From a virus: 64,000 nucleotides of DNA. The translations under genes were made by a program, and so were the position numbers. The stretch lies in the IMG/VR virus record IMGVR_UViG_3300023179_000012, one strand, 5' to 3'. Of this stretch, positions 45,692-56,871 are shown piece by piece (the first letter of the stretch is position 1; the number at the start of each line of letters is the position of its first letter). A model generated the notes under the pieces. The model had not been told where the DNA came from and ran no database searches. It saw only the letters and a program-made list of their open reading frames with translations.

Positions 45692-46304
45692 TAATAATAG
45701 GTAGTTGTTGTTTAAAAATATCTTTACATTGATTAGCGATTATCATGTGTTCTTTTTGAGTGCCATGACCAGAACGTAGATTAATATAATGTATCCAATT
45801 TCTTATACTACCACTCATATAAAGCCTTGTTGGTGTTGCTAACGGCAGAACAAATCTAGCACACTCTTTTGCTATACCATCTTTAATCATTCCATTATAA
45901 ATGGCTTTACTTTTTGCAAAATGTTCTCTGATCTTACTATTCCAGCGAAATCGTACTTCGTCATCAATATTGTCTATACTGTTTTGACGATTCTTATTAT
46001 CTTGGCGACGAAGTTCAAACATTGGAATTTCATCTGCTAATAGTGTTGTATCAGCATATCTTTGACTAAATTCTTGAAATGTAAAACTTCTATGACGTAA
46101 AATTTGAGCAGCCAATCCTCTGGTGGTATTGATTTCTAATGTCATAAAAGCCATTTCAAAAATACTCCAATGTTGATGATTAATGCAATATGCTAACAGC
46201 TTGGCGTAATCATCCCGATTTTGTCCACTAGGATTAGATACCCTTGCACAATAACTCATCAATTTTTCTGCATCTGGAGTTACACTGATTAGTTTAACAC
46301 TCAT
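45657..46304 (-). CDS. thyX: flavin-dependent thymidylate synthase
   Basis: CARVSNP, HWSIFE, RHRSFTFQEFSQRY, HGTQKEH. Confidence 0.96.
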   Translation of the reverse strand: MSVKLISVTPDAEKLMSYCARVSNPSGQNRDDYAKLLAYCINHQHWSIFEMAFMTLEINTTRGLAAQILRHRSFTFQEFSQRYADTTLLADEIPMFELRRQDNKNRQNSIDNIDDEVRFRWNSKIREHFAKSKAIYNGMIKDGIAKECARFVLPLATPTRLYMSGSIRNWIHYINLRSGHGTQKEHMIIANQCKDIFKQQLPIISEALGWNNETI

Positions 46305-46809
46305 TAAATAAGTATACCTTTCTAATATGTTCTAAAAATTCTTTTGATGTAAGTGAATTCTTCATTATATTACAGATTTTGCAGCATGGTTGAATATTTG
46401 TTTTAATATATCCCTTATTGCTATCTATTCTATCAATAGTATTGTGTGGATATTGTATACCCTTAATGTATTTAATATCTCGTAATTCTGGTTTTTTGCC
46501 ACAATAAATACAATCTTTTGTTATTATTTCATAAACATCTTCTGGTTTTAAATTAAAATGAATATCTCTTTTTAATGCACTCTGCTTATATGAATTATGT
46601 CTACCATTAGTAAAAGCTTTTTCTGTCGTTCTTGTTCTTCCGTTTTTTCTAGCCTGTTCGGCTCTTAAACATCCACAAGTTTTTAATCTTTTTATGTTCT
46701 CATATGTTCCACGGTGTTTTTTTGAACAAATGGGACAGATACCCATAGCCATTTTTCTGTTTCTATTTTGTGTTTTTTGGTATTCATAGTATGTCTTAAT
46801 AATTTCCAT
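46294..46809 (-). mobile_element. free-standing HNH homing endonuclease
   Basis: TCGC, CIYCG, IDRIDSNKGY..NIQPCCKICN; inserted immediately upstream of thyX. Confidence 0.8.
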
Positions 46810-46836
46810 TGTTTGGCTCCTATCGGTTAGATACTA

Positions 46837-46848
46837 ATTATATACACC
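46837..46848 (-). promoter_or_regulatory. putative late promoter GGTGTATATAAT inside an RBS-occluding hairpin
   Basis: Motif variant lying mainly in the loop of hairpin 46810-46863. Confidence 0.55.
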
Positions 46849-46868
46849 AATATATGCCAAACATCTAA

Positions 46869-47228
46869 TTATATTTGATCTTCCGTATAGGATATTTCAA
46901 ATTCTTCTAGCGGACAAAGTTCTTCATCCCAAAAACCATTTTTTATTCCTCTGCCAAGTATATGACCAGCTTTAATCCATATGTTTTTATAATCCTCTAT
47001 AGACATTCTTTTTATAATCCTACCCCAATCACATATTGTGGCATCAAAAACTTCTGTGCCATTATCAAACCATTCATTTGATTTAGATATAAATTTAACG
47101 TATTTCATCTTTTTTATCGTCATCTCTAAGTCCTTCCATAATTTTATTTTTAAATGACATAACAAAATCATTTGTTTGATAACGGCCTTTATGAAAACCA
47201 AAAGTATTTGATGTGTTATGATTTTCAT
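46869..47228 (-). CDS. hypothetical protein
   Basis: Real start probably downstream. Confidence 0.5.
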   Translation of the reverse strand: MKIITHQILLVFIKAVIKQMILLCHLKIKLWKDLEMTIKKMKYVKFISKSNEWFDNGTEVFDATICDWGRIIKRMSIEDYKNIWIKAGHILGRGIKNGFWDEELCPLEEFEISYTEDQI

Positions 47229-47832
47229 CTAGTGGATATTCTACAGAAAATTTTCTAGCAATCTCACATGATGGTAATTCTATTCCATTTTCTAACATAA
47301 AAGGCAAAGCCTTACACAGAATAAAACTATCTTCTGGTGAATTACAAAATCCAATTTTAGCGGATGTTTCTATGAATTTTTTACTTCTTAAACTAAAACC
47401 GCCGTTTCCAACTCTGCATACTGATGAACGACACTTATTGGGTAAGGGAGCGTCTGGCCTCCAAGGCGCTCCAATATAATCGTATTGTAAAAAGACATCA
47501 TCCCACAGATGAGGATTACAAATAAAACCATCTTCTTGATAAACCAAACAAAATTCTGTCGTGATATAGTCTTTTAAAGTCAATACCATAAACTGGCTAT
47601 ATCCTTTGTATCCAAAACAACAGGTTCGTTTAAACTCTATTAGATCATGTTTGTGTCGATCAACTTCTGGAGTAATAATTACATATTTACCAAATTGTAT
47701 ATATTGATGAATATATTCCGCATACTTAATAGGCCAAAATAAATTACCTATCGGCGCATAATGATAGAATGATGGATTGGAATTTTGTCTTCCATCAACA
47801 CAAACTAAAGTAACATCTGGTAATGATATCAT
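47095..47832 (-). CDS. DUF5672-like glycosyltransferase-associated protein
   Basis: YQEDGF, YDYIGAPW, VGNGGFSLRS, FGFH. Confidence 0.75.
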   Translation of the reverse strand: MISLPDVTLVCVDGRQNSNPSFYHYAPIGNLFWPIKYAEYIHQYIQFGKYVIITPEVDRHKHDLIEFKRTCCFGYKGYSQFMVLTLKDYITTEFCLVYQEDGFICNPHLWDDVFLQYDYIGAPWRPDAPLPNKCRSSVCRVGNGGFSLRSKKFIETSAKIGFCNSPEDSFILCKALPFMLENGIELPSCEIARKFSVEYPLDENHNTSNTFGFHKGRYQTNDFVMSFKNKIMEGLRDDDKKDEIR

Positions 47833-47976
47833 TTTGAATTCTTAGAAAAGAGAGTGACCATTTTTATCCATATCGGTTTAAAAAAATATGCTGTGATAAC
47901 ACTAGAAATACCACCAACAATACCGTTTGCTACTGCCACTGGTACAACAAAACAGGTATAAACAATATTTTTCTTT

Positions 47977-48225
47977 TTAGTAGTCACTTATTTCTGCTTT
48001 TTTAATATCTAAACTTTCCCGATGTATTTTCTGATGCTCTAACCACTTATTATCTGTCATATGATTATATATGTCAAATGCTAATTTACTAACACTCTTA
48101 CTAATACCACTAGCCTCTGGAGTATCCAGTTTAGCCCAATAATAAATAGTATTATCTCCGTCTTTTTCTTTTACGGTTTCATAGCCCTTTTCTTTGGCCC
48201 ATTTTTTGATTTCACTCCATAGCAT
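47977..48225 (-). CDS. hypothetical protein
   Basis: ORF tiling. Confidence 0.6.
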   Translation of the reverse strand: MLWSEIKKWAKEKGYETVKEKDGDNTIYYWAKLDTPEASGISKSVSKLAFDIYNHMTDNKWLEHQKIHRESLDIKKAEISDY

Positions 48226-49043
48226 TATTCACCTATTAGTTTATCGAGTTCTGTTAGTGCTTCAATGGATTTCATTTTTAAACAAATGGTATGTGAATCT
48301 GTTCCACATTCATTGAGATTAATACGAATATTAGGGATATCTATTGATTTTGACAATGTTTCACATTCAATTCTAACAGATGGTATTTGAGAACCAGCCC
48401 CTATTTCTAGTATGGCAATTTTTTTATCTTTTAATGATTTCAACCACTTATTATATCTGCTATATTGAGATATAACATGGTCGCGGTTAAAATACTTATC
48501 ACCAAACATAAGAACATTAGGTCTTACTATTGTACCACACCTTGAACAAAAAGGCAAGTCTCCCATCAGTCTCATTGTACTATAATCTAGATCCACATTA
48601 GTGGTAAAACGAAAGTTGTTTTCATTACAGTTTTTAGAACACTGTAGCCTATAAATATTTCCATGAATCTCTATAAGTTTATCTTGATCAAATCCCGCTT
48701 TTTGAAATTGTTGATCAACATTTGATGTGTAAATAAAATAATCATGATTAGTTTTTTCTGTCCATTTTTTTAGTATATCGAATCCATAATGAGGATTAGT
48801 TTTTTTATATAAAATTGATCTGTGATAATAAAATCCCCATGCTAATCTTGGGTCATCAATAAATAATTGAGGGTTTGCTAACTTATAAAAATTAAGCCCT
48901 AGTCTTTCATAAAGTGGATAGTGTTTCCAGAATCCATTATTGCTTCTGAAATCTGGTAATCCAGAATCAACACCTATGCCCGCACCAGCACCTATAAATA
49001 TAGCAGAACATTCTTGTATTATTCTGGTGGCTTCTGCTATCAT
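48225..49043 (-). CDS. Sir2-family NAD-dependent deacylase
   Basis: GAGAGIGVDSGLPDFR, TSNVD, EIHG, RPNVLMFGD. Confidence 0.92.
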   Translation of the reverse strand: MIAEATRIIQECSAIFIGAGAGIGVDSGLPDFRSNNGFWKHYPLYERLGLNFYKLANPQLFIDDPRLAWGFYYHRSILYKKTNPHYGFDILKKWTEKTNHDYFIYTSNVDQQFQKAGFDQDKLIEIHGNIYRLQCSKNCNENNFRFTTNVDLDYSTMRLMGDLPFCSRCGTIVRPNVLMFGDKYFNRDHVISQYSRYNKWLKSLKDKKIAILEIGAGSQIPSVRIECETLSKSIDIPNIRINLNECGTDSHTICLKMKSIEALTELDKLIGE

Positions 49044-49083
49044 ATAAACTCCTATTAGAGTTATATGAAAAGCAGTAAACTGG

Positions 49084-49290
49084 TCAAGTTTTAGGATTAT
49101 TAGTGTCCCACACCTGACGATGTTTTAAAGCAATAATTTCTACTCGTTGTTGTTTTATGGTATCGCTTTGATAGATAATCAGATCGCAAAGATCTTTGAT
49201 AAGATTTTTTGCATCATTGTCTGAGCATGATTTTAATATTTCTTTTACATTGTCCATACAATCATACTTATGGGGTAATCTCTCTTTCAT
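49084..49290 (-). CDS. hypothetical protein
   Basis: ORF tiling. Confidence 0.55.
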   Translation of the reverse strand: MKERLPHKYDCMDNVKEILKSCSDNDAKNLIKDLCDLIIYQSDTIKQQRVEIIALKHRQVWDTNNPKT

Positions 49291-49652
49291 TTTTGTAATT
49301 GTTCGTCTGCTAGTTTTTGTCGTTTATATGAATAGCCAGCAGAAAATCCGTTCATAAACGCTTCTTCAAATTTTTTAATATCATCAATATCACGATAGTA
49401 ATCTTCTCTTTTTCTTAGCCATACTAGAAAAAGTTTTTGTTCATCTGATAGATAATCAAAATTTTGATATATTTCATCATAAGAATAAATAAATTTTTCA
49501 TTGGTATTAATATCTATACAACTAAATTCAACATTAGTAGGTTTACCTTTTTCATAGGTAACAGTATAACCATATACTTTAAGATTTCGACCATAATAAT
49601 CATAAACATATGTACTATCACGAATATTTAATGCTTCTTTAATTGAGATCAT
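49287..49652 (-). CDS. hypothetical protein
   Basis: ORF tiling. Confidence 0.6.
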   Translation of the reverse strand: MISIKEALNIRDSTYVYDYYGRNLKVYGYTVTYEKGKPTNVEFSCIDINTNEKFIYSYDEIYQNFDYLSDEQKLFLVWLRKREDYYRDIDDIKKFEEAFMNGFSAGYSYKRQKLADEQLQK

Positions 49653-50256
49653 GTTTTTTGTACCTTTGATAAATCTTATTTATGCCACTAATTAATTCTG
49701 CATCTAAATTATTTAAGATATAAGAATCATCGTTATCTGTAATGTATGCCTGCATTTCATCATTTACAACCTCCTTGGTATATCCTTTATCAAGAATATA
49801 TTTACGGATTTTTCTAAAACGAGACTCATTCTTTTGAATAAATTTATCAATTTCTTGCTTATATTTAGGCGAATAGCCATACATAGCATGGCACAATTCG
49901 TGTCTCAATGTGCTTTTATTTTGAGCGCCTATAATATAGAAACTATCATTTCTATAACGTAAAAGATGTAATAATTCTATTTCTTGTTCAGTTAATGGAT
50001 CGAACAGCCCGTGTTTAAAAGGAATTAGAACAGTGCTAGGAAAGTTAAATCCAACCCATGTATCGCTGTATAAATCGCCTCCGTACTCAACACTGTACCA
50101 ATGTTTGACCGCTCCTAGTGTGAAAATTTTGCCTTGAAAATCTAGATTAGCACTCTCATAATATTCTTGAAAACGAATAAAAGTTTCTCCTAATTCTCTT
50201 TGTGAGTCAGCACTAATCCACACGCTGTTATATGGTTGTTTTTTTAGTTTAAGCAT
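49639..50256 (-). CDS. hypothetical protein with HExxH motif
   Basis: HELCH, DEMQAY. Confidence 0.65.
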   Translation of the reverse strand: MLKLKKQPYNSVWISADSQRELGETFIRFQEYYESANLDFQGKIFTLGAVKHWYSVEYGGDLYSDTWVGFNFPSTVLIPFKHGLFDPLTEQEIELLHLLRYRNDSFYIIGAQNKSTLRHELCHAMYGYSPKYKQEIDKFIQKNESRFRKIRKYILDKGYTKEVVNDEMQAYITDNDDSYILNNLDAELISGINKIYQRYKKHDLN

Positions 50257-50833
50257 ATTTTGTTTTCAAATTTAAGATCTCTGATCTGTCTTTATCAAAT
50301 ATATAATAACTATAGTATGGATTTTCAGCCAGCAACAAATCCGAATAACCTCTTTTTATAGTTGTAACACCTTCATCACAATCGTATGTTTCAATTATAA
50401 TATCGTTTCTTGTTTTTCGTAATTTAAAAATGGCTTTCCAAACTGTTCCATGCCATATAACTTTTGTAGGAGTCAACAAAGCATTTGCTTGGCTTTCCAT
50501 TTGGCTAAATTCAGAAGAAGGATTTGTATCATGTACAACTATAGTGCCATTATTGTTTAATATTAATAGGCTATTATTTATATCTTTCTCCACTTGTTCT
50601 GCTGTGTGTAGTCCGTCTATAAAAATAATATCAAAAGTATTAGTATTTATTTGAAAAAATTCATCACTAGTCATATTAAAATCATAGTGATCAATTTTAG
50701 AGGGGTCTACGCTGATTTTTGTCTTACAATCTATTTTATCAAAACATATATGTTTTCTAGCAACACCGATTTCTAGATATGATTTATATTCATTATCTTT
50801 AATTAGTTGATTGATAATTGAAATTCTATTCAT
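50249..50833 (-). CDS. class I SAM methyltransferase
   Basis: YLEIGV, IFIDGLH, VVHD. Confidence 0.85.
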   Translation of the reverse strand: MNRISIINQLIKDNEYKSYLEIGVARKHICFDKIDCKTKISVDPSKIDHYDFNMTSDEFFQINTNTFDIIFIDGLHTAEQVEKDINNSLLILNNNGTIVVHDTNPSSEFSQMESQANALLTPTKVIWHGTVWKAIFKLRKTRNDIIIETYDCDEGVTTIKRGYSDLLLAENPYYSYYIFDKDRSEILNLKTKYA

Positions 50834-50841
50834 AAACTAAT

Positions 50842-51573
50842 TTAGTTCCATAGATAATGTCTGATTTTAATAAGTTCAATCAACATATCTGTATCTTCTT
50901 CATCATATTGTTGTTCTAAATCATATGCTTTCTTATACAATTTTTGTTGTTTATTAAACTTTTTTTTATCTAGTATTCCATCAATATCACAAAGAATAGG
51001 ATCGCTAAGAGGGTCTTGTCGTTTTGGTCTAATAAATTTCCACCATTCATATAATTCTTTGATTTTACGACTTGCTTTAGCCTGCTCTGTTAATCGACCT
51101 TGATACTTTAGGTGAACCGCCCATCTAAAATAATCGTCTTGTGCTTCTTGACAGCGGCCTTTTACGAAATTATATTTTTTACTACTATCATACCTCATGG
51201 AAAGAGGTAGTTCTAATTCTACAAAATCTACTAACTCATTAAATAAACCATGAAGTATACGATAATCAAGATCATAATATTCTCCTAATTTTAGTCCTGT
51301 ATTTAGATATTGGAGTTTATCAATGAATCTATTACGAATATAAATTCTGATAGTATGATAAAGATCAAATGGAAAATAAACTATGTCTTGTAGTCTATTA
51401 AGAAAGGTTTCGCTTAACCAATATCTGAAAGGTTTATTTTTTTTCTGATTATCGTGCCACTCATCCCATTCTTTCCATTCAAGAGCGTATGGCTTATTTG
51501 AACCTCTAATCCAATTAGCAAATTTACTACAATTCCAATAATGAATTCTTGATTTTATCATTTTACCAAACAT
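50842..51573 (-). CDS. conserved phage hypothetical protein
   Basis: ORF tiling. Confidence 0.7.
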   Translation of the reverse strand: MFGKMIKSRIHYWNCSKFANWIRGSNKPYALEWKEWDEWHDNQKKNKPFRYWLSETFLNRLQDIVYFPFDLYHTIRIYIRNRFIDKLQYLNTGLKLGEYYDLDYRILHGLFNELVDFVELELPLSMRYDSSKKYNFVKGRCQEAQDDYFRWAVHLKYQGRLTEQAKASRKIKELYEWWKFIRPKRQDPLSDPILCDIDGILDKKKFNKQQKLYKKAYDLEQQYDEEDTDMLIELIKIRHYLWN

Positions 51574-52960
51574 TTGTATATGTGCCTTCTTTTAATTTTG
51601 GTTCGTATGGTTTTATTGTCCAACCGAGTTTCATTAGGTCGGATCTTATTTCATCCGTAGCAACACTTTCTTCTACATAACCCTCTTTATTTACCATGCC
51701 AGAACAATACCAATCAAGATAGACTTCTCCATTATCTCTTAAATCTGCAACTAATCCTCCAGCAAAACGCCACGAACAAGTCCATTCTTCCTTATCGTAA
51801 AAAAATCTATTATTGCATAGTGCAGCATATAGATTTTGACTATATATTATGCTATATTTACATTTGTCTGCTATCCAATCACTCTTACAAAGATCAAGTT
51901 CTAAATTTGGTTTCATCGGTAAATTACAACAGGTTGAAGAATCCATTGAGTAAAAGGTCTATTTATTACTGTTTGTGTTTTACAAAATAGTCTTTGTTGT
52001 TCAACTACCACATTTTGCTGAATGGTATAAGGAACCCACTGATAAACTACTATTGGTTGAGGTTGTTGAACATAAACAATCTGAGTTGGTATAGCGGGTT
52101 GAATACGTTCTTGATATGCTACCCACTCTTGAGCGTATCCATTTGATCCGATACTAATCAGCATTAGCATTACAAAGCATCTTGCTAAGTTTTTCATATT
52201 ATCTCCTTAATTTTTACTTTTCCCACACCATTCTGGAAAATCAGTAGTTTCTAAATTTCCAAGTAAAAGAGTGGATGGTTTGGTTGACAAGTTACGAATC
52301 GCATAGCATTTGTGACCATCTGAATCGTGACCACAATCTATTATATCGTATTCTGTTACACTATGCAACATTTGAATTAATTGTTCTATACTAGTCATTC
52401 TACATCATATAATTCTGGAAAAAGATCAAGATATAAATCAGCAAACAGAGCATTGTCTCCATCATTAATTTCTAAACCATAAATAGGACTATCTTCTTGG
52501 CTATACTCGTCCATTACGCATCATTTCAAAAGTTCCACAACATATCTTGCGGTATCTGGAATATTATTTCCACCAAGATAATAACTACCAACAAAATCGT
52601 ATATTCGTTTTTGGTTACTTTCCTTGGTGAACTCGTTATAGTATTTTGAATCATACTCCATGTAAATGTATGATCCAACACTATCCAAAAAACTTGAGAT
52701 TCGTCTAAAAATTTCTGTGTTCATTAGATTGGCTCGTAATGGTTGAATTCTTTATATTCGTTCAGTTTAAAACATTGGGTCATTGTGTCCATCAACTTAT
52801 TTGCTTGGAGAGTAAGCAACACCTTGATGCCCTGTATGGTATTTACAATCTCGTCTTTCTCCAAATCATGCTCAAGAATTCCCTCGCTCAATGTTTCAAG
52901 ATTTGCTGACAGAGAATATAGTGAGGAAATTTCATCCTCAAGATCAAATCGGTCTTTCAT
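51563..52960 (-). other. run of small hypothetical ORFs (51563-51946, 51913-52197, 52207-52398, 52521-52724, 52724-52960)
   Basis: Tiled minus-strand ORFs; 51913..52197 has a signal peptide. Confidence 0.6.
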
Positions 52961-53627
52961 ATTTTATCTCCACAATTCCAGAGTTAATAGTAATAAAAGA
53001 ACAGGAATTTTCTGTCCAACAGCCACAGTTATGGTATTGTACCATATCGGATAGTTTTGTCAATACTGAGTGCGTATGCCCACAGATAACAATATCACAA
53101 TCTTTGTCTTTACAATATTCTATTGCAAGATCCGCTATCTGTTCTGAACATCGTAAAAATGTTTTACTATTTCTTTTTGTTAAATTAGAATAGTAGTATT
53201 CGTTATTATGAAACCTATCGTATCTTTGAATTAGTCTATAAATTTTATCAGCAAACTTTGTGAATATTGGATATTTGGAAATAAAGTTATCAAAAATATC
53301 TCCATGCAAAATAACTATCTTTTTATCTCCGCTATTAGTAAAATATTCATCAACAAAATCCACACCAATAAGATGGCTAACTAATTCTGCTGGCCCGTCG
53401 TGATTACCACTAATCCAAACTACCTTTATATTATCGGACAGTTGGCGTAGTTTCTTTAATATTTTCCAGTGATCTTTGCGTAATCGTCTAAAATCCCAAC
53501 TGTCAAATAAGTCCCCATTAATAATTAGAGTTTGAGTAGATACTTTATCAAGAAATTTAGATAGTTGCTCAACCTGACAAACATCACTACCCAAATGAAC
53601 GTCACTAATTATAACAATTTCATTCAT
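52944..53627 (-). CDS. LpxH-like metallophosphoesterase
   Basis: SDVHLG, NGDLFD, GNHD, HGD, GHTH. Confidence 0.88.
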   Translation of the reverse strand: MNEIVIISDVHLGSDVCQVEQLSKFLDKVSTQTLIINGDLFDSWDFRRLRKDHWKILKKLRQLSDNIKVVWISGNHDGPAELVSHLIGVDFVDEYFTNSGDKKIVILHGDIFDNFISKYPIFTKFADKIYRLIQRYDRFHNNEYYYSNLTKRNSKTFLRCSEQIADLAIEYCKDKDCDIVICGHTHSVLTKLSDMVQYHNCGCWTENSCSFITINSGIVEIKYERPI

Positions 53628-53800
53628 CGTGATTTTTTAATTAGCCATTCAATACAAGTAATTAACATTTCGCAGCATACGAAATAGAAGATTATATTTT
53701 GTATCATTTTACTTTTGTGCTACCTTTAATGTATCTTGGAAAATAAGGACAGTGAACACATTTTCTACCACAGCAAACTTTTCTACTAATAAGAAATTCT

Positions 53801-55108
53801 CTACTTAATGGTTGGGTCATTCCAAACTTTCTCTAAATAGTCTAGGGCGAACTTTACTGTATCGTCATCATAAAAACAATCATAATCGCCACCAGATATT
53901 TCTTTATACTTTTCGGGCCAAACTTGATACAGAACATTCATTATCGTCTGACCGTAGCGAAGTTCATTCTCATTTTCGTTATAAATTTTATCAGCACAAT
54001 TTAAAAACTGTTCAAAAGTTATCATGAATGTTTTTTCTTTTTGGGGGATTTGTGCATTTGTTTGAAATAAATTTGTTCTTCAAATCCTTCCTTTACTTTC
54101 AAGAGTTTTTCATCTTATTTAACTTTTTATTTTTGATTTTGAGACTAATAGATTTGTATCCATAAAAATCCATGATAAATGGTAAAGCAGCCAATATCGT
54201 TACGCACAATATTCCAAGTATACAAAAGACATACCATAAAAAGTAAAAATGTAGTTTGTGTAAGGAATCATCTGTCCTGTAAAAGAGTTATCGTATGCTG
54301 GCATAATTAGTCCTTAAATTGTTCTCAAGTAGTGGCTCTTAACTATACCACAGTTATCGGCATTGTCAAGTCTAGACTTGAGTTTCGTTTAAATCTACTA
54401 CTATTTCAGCACCGTCTAACACCCAAATATCCCAAGTATCATGAGGATCACTTCCTGGCAATTGCTTGCGTTTAATATTAAATTTTACATCGAAAATACC
54501 GCTAATTTTTTGCTCACGATATAAGAAATATATAATGGAGTTTTTAATATCATCAGCACTCATCTCTACTCTAGTTTGATTTTTTTGTTTCATAATTTTC
54601 CTTTAGATATTCTACAATCATTCCACTAGCCTGATTAACATTACAACCACCATGATCGTACTGAAATCTTATAATACTAAAAATAGTGTCTTTTTGTTCT
54701 GGTGATAATTTTCCTTTTCCTAAATCAAGATATTCATATCCAATATAATTAGCAACATTTTTTGCAAATTCACCGAATGTCATTTGGATTCTCCAAATAT
54801 CCGCCTATTTCTGGTTCTCCATATTCATTATAATCTGTTTCCATCTGTTCCTTGTGCCATTGTATCACAGTCTCTAGTGCCGTGTCAAGGTCTTTAAAAT
54901 AATGTAGTCTGGAAGGCCCAAGAACATAAGAGTAGATTTGAACCCCTGTGATTTTGCACTCACAATTTTTATCACTCCAGTAATCTCCAAAGTCTAAACC
55001 AATATAGCCTTCGCTACTTTTACAATGACCGTCTGAGTGTTCAAAATAGTGATCATATGCTTCTTTTAAGAGTCTACGAATTTTTAGAAGTTTTTCTTTA
55101 TTTGTCAT
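53801..55108 (-). other. run of small hypothetical ORFs (53801-54025, 54372-54593, 54571-54783, 54770-55108)
   Basis: Tiled minus-strand ORFs. Confidence 0.6.
54342..54369 (-). promoter_or_regulatory. sigma70-like promoter with CCGATA box
   Basis: TTGACA-ATGCCGATAACTGTGG-TATAGT. Confidence 0.75.
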
Positions 55109-56076
55109 GATAATATCTTAAACCAATAGTCTATCATTTCATCAAGAATAGATTGTAAAGTATAATCAGGTTGCCAACCTGTCGCTTGTTTTAATTTAGA
55201 AGAATCTCCCCTCAAATATAATAATTCTTGTGGTCTTAATAGTCTAGTATCAGTTTTTACAAAATCTTTATAGTTAAGTGAGAGTTTATTAAAAACATAG
55301 TCTACCAGATATTGTATGGTATAAGACTGTCCGGTTGAGCATACAAAATCGTTTGGTGATTCTTGATTAAGGATTAACCACATCGCTTTTACATAGTCTT
55401 TAGCGTGTCCCCAATCTCTAGATGAATCTAAGTTGCCAAGAATTAAACTAGAAGATAAACCAAGTTTAATTTTTACCGCCTCTTTACAAACTTTATTAGT
55501 GACAAAATTTGTACCTCGTCGTGGAGATTCATGATTAAATAAAATGCCATTAGAGATAAACATATCATATGAATAACGATAGTTTTTGCAAAGATTGTAT
55601 GAGAATAATTTAGAACAACCATAAGGAGAAACAGGATTCATTGGAGTTGTTTCTCTTTGGTAATCATCAGAATCAATAGAGTTGCCAAACATTTCAGATG
55701 ATGATGCTTGATAAACTCTAGTGTCGGGTTTGATTAACCTAACCGCTTCTAATAAGTTCAATGTGCCTATAGCATTAACTTGAGTAGTATAAATTGGTTG
55801 ATCAAAAGATATTCGTACATGAGACTGTGCTGCTAAATTATAAATCTCATCTGGTGACACATTCTTTATTATTGATAAGAGAGATGAAGAATCTAATAAG
55901 TCTCCATAATATAAGTTAATTTGATCTCTGATATGATCAATTCTATATGTTTGATTTTCAGCAACAGAATTACGTTTTAGAATACCATAAACAGAATATC
56001 CTTGCTCAAGTAAAAATTCAGATAGATAAGAACCATCTTGACCATTTATACCGGTTATTAATGCTTTTTTAGTCAT
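55105..56076 (-). CDS. gmd: GDP-mannose 4,6-dehydratase
   Basis: ITGINGQDGSYL, LAAQSHV, QASSSEMFG, LFNHESPRRG, RDWGHAKDYV. Confidence 0.96.
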   Translation of the reverse strand: MTKKALITGINGQDGSYLSEFLLEQGYSVYGILKRNSVAENQTYRIDHIRDQINLYYGDLLDSSSLLSIIKNVSPDEIYNLAAQSHVRISFDQPIYTTQVNAIGTLNLLEAVRLIKPDTRVYQASSSEMFGNSIDSDDYQRETTPMNPVSPYGCSKLFSYNLCKNYRYSYDMFISNGILFNHESPRRGTNFVTNKVCKEAVKIKLGLSSSLILGNLDSSRDWGHAKDYVKAMWLILNQESPNDFVCSTGQSYTIQYLVDYVFNKLSLNYKDFVKTDTRLLRPQELLYLRGDSSKLKQATGWQPDYTLQSILDEMIDYWFKILS

Positions 56077-56578
56077 AAATATTCTATGCCATCCAAAGGA
56101 TCATTGTCATAGGGATATTTAAATGGTCCCAAAGCCTTACATCTTTTCTCTTTGATAAAGTTTATCACATCAACGAAACAATTTTCACAAATATCAATGT
56201 CATATTTATAACCATCATGTATACTACCATATCCCCAACAAGCACTAAGTTCAGCCCATGATGGCCCCATATTCATTGTGGTTGCTGATTTTCCGCAAAC
56301 ATCACAATTAACATCATCAATCTCTTGAACGATTTTATCTTTAAAAGTTTTCATTTATTATACCAAGTTACATCTTTATATTTTGGATAATCGACCGGCC
56401 AATACCTTTTGTCAGTATTGTCTGGTGGATAGTATGGTTGAGAATATTGTAGTTGTTCAACTTTTGTAATTAGTTCTTTAACTTGAAGTTCCAGATTAAG
56501 TAGTGATCGTAAAACAACATCAATCTTTTGTTGCTTTGGTGCTTTCTTTTTAGTCTTAACTTTCTTTTTCTTTTTCAT
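56073..56578 (-). other. two small hypothetical ORFs (56073-56354 with Cys motifs; 56351-56578)
   Basis: ORF tiling. Confidence 0.6.
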
Positions 56579-56871
56579 ACTAATATTTTTCCTATTCCTT
56601 CTAGAATATCTTTTCGTACACCTTTACTCATATTACTTAATAGAATATGGTTTTTGAAAAAGATTTCACCTTTCTCCTTTACTATAATCCCAAAAGCATT
56701 TTGTGTCCATGCCTTACTTAATGAATGAACATCTTTAAAGTCAATCTCAACATTAAAACCAAGATCAATTTCTTCTAGAATGGATTGTCTTAATTCAGAT
56801 GCTACTTTGGTACTGCTTAAATTTGTTCCATACATATCTTTGATATCATAGTAAATTAGTGGGCCTTTCAT
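56575..56871 (-). CDS. STAS-like (DUF4325-like) protein
   Basis: VEIDFKDVHSLSKAWTQNAFG. Confidence 0.6.
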   Translation of the reverse strand: MKGPLIYYDIKDMYGTNLSSTKVASELRQSILEEIDLGFNVEIDFKDVHSLSKAWTQNAFGIIVKEKGEIFFKNHILLSNMSKGVRKDILEGIGKILV

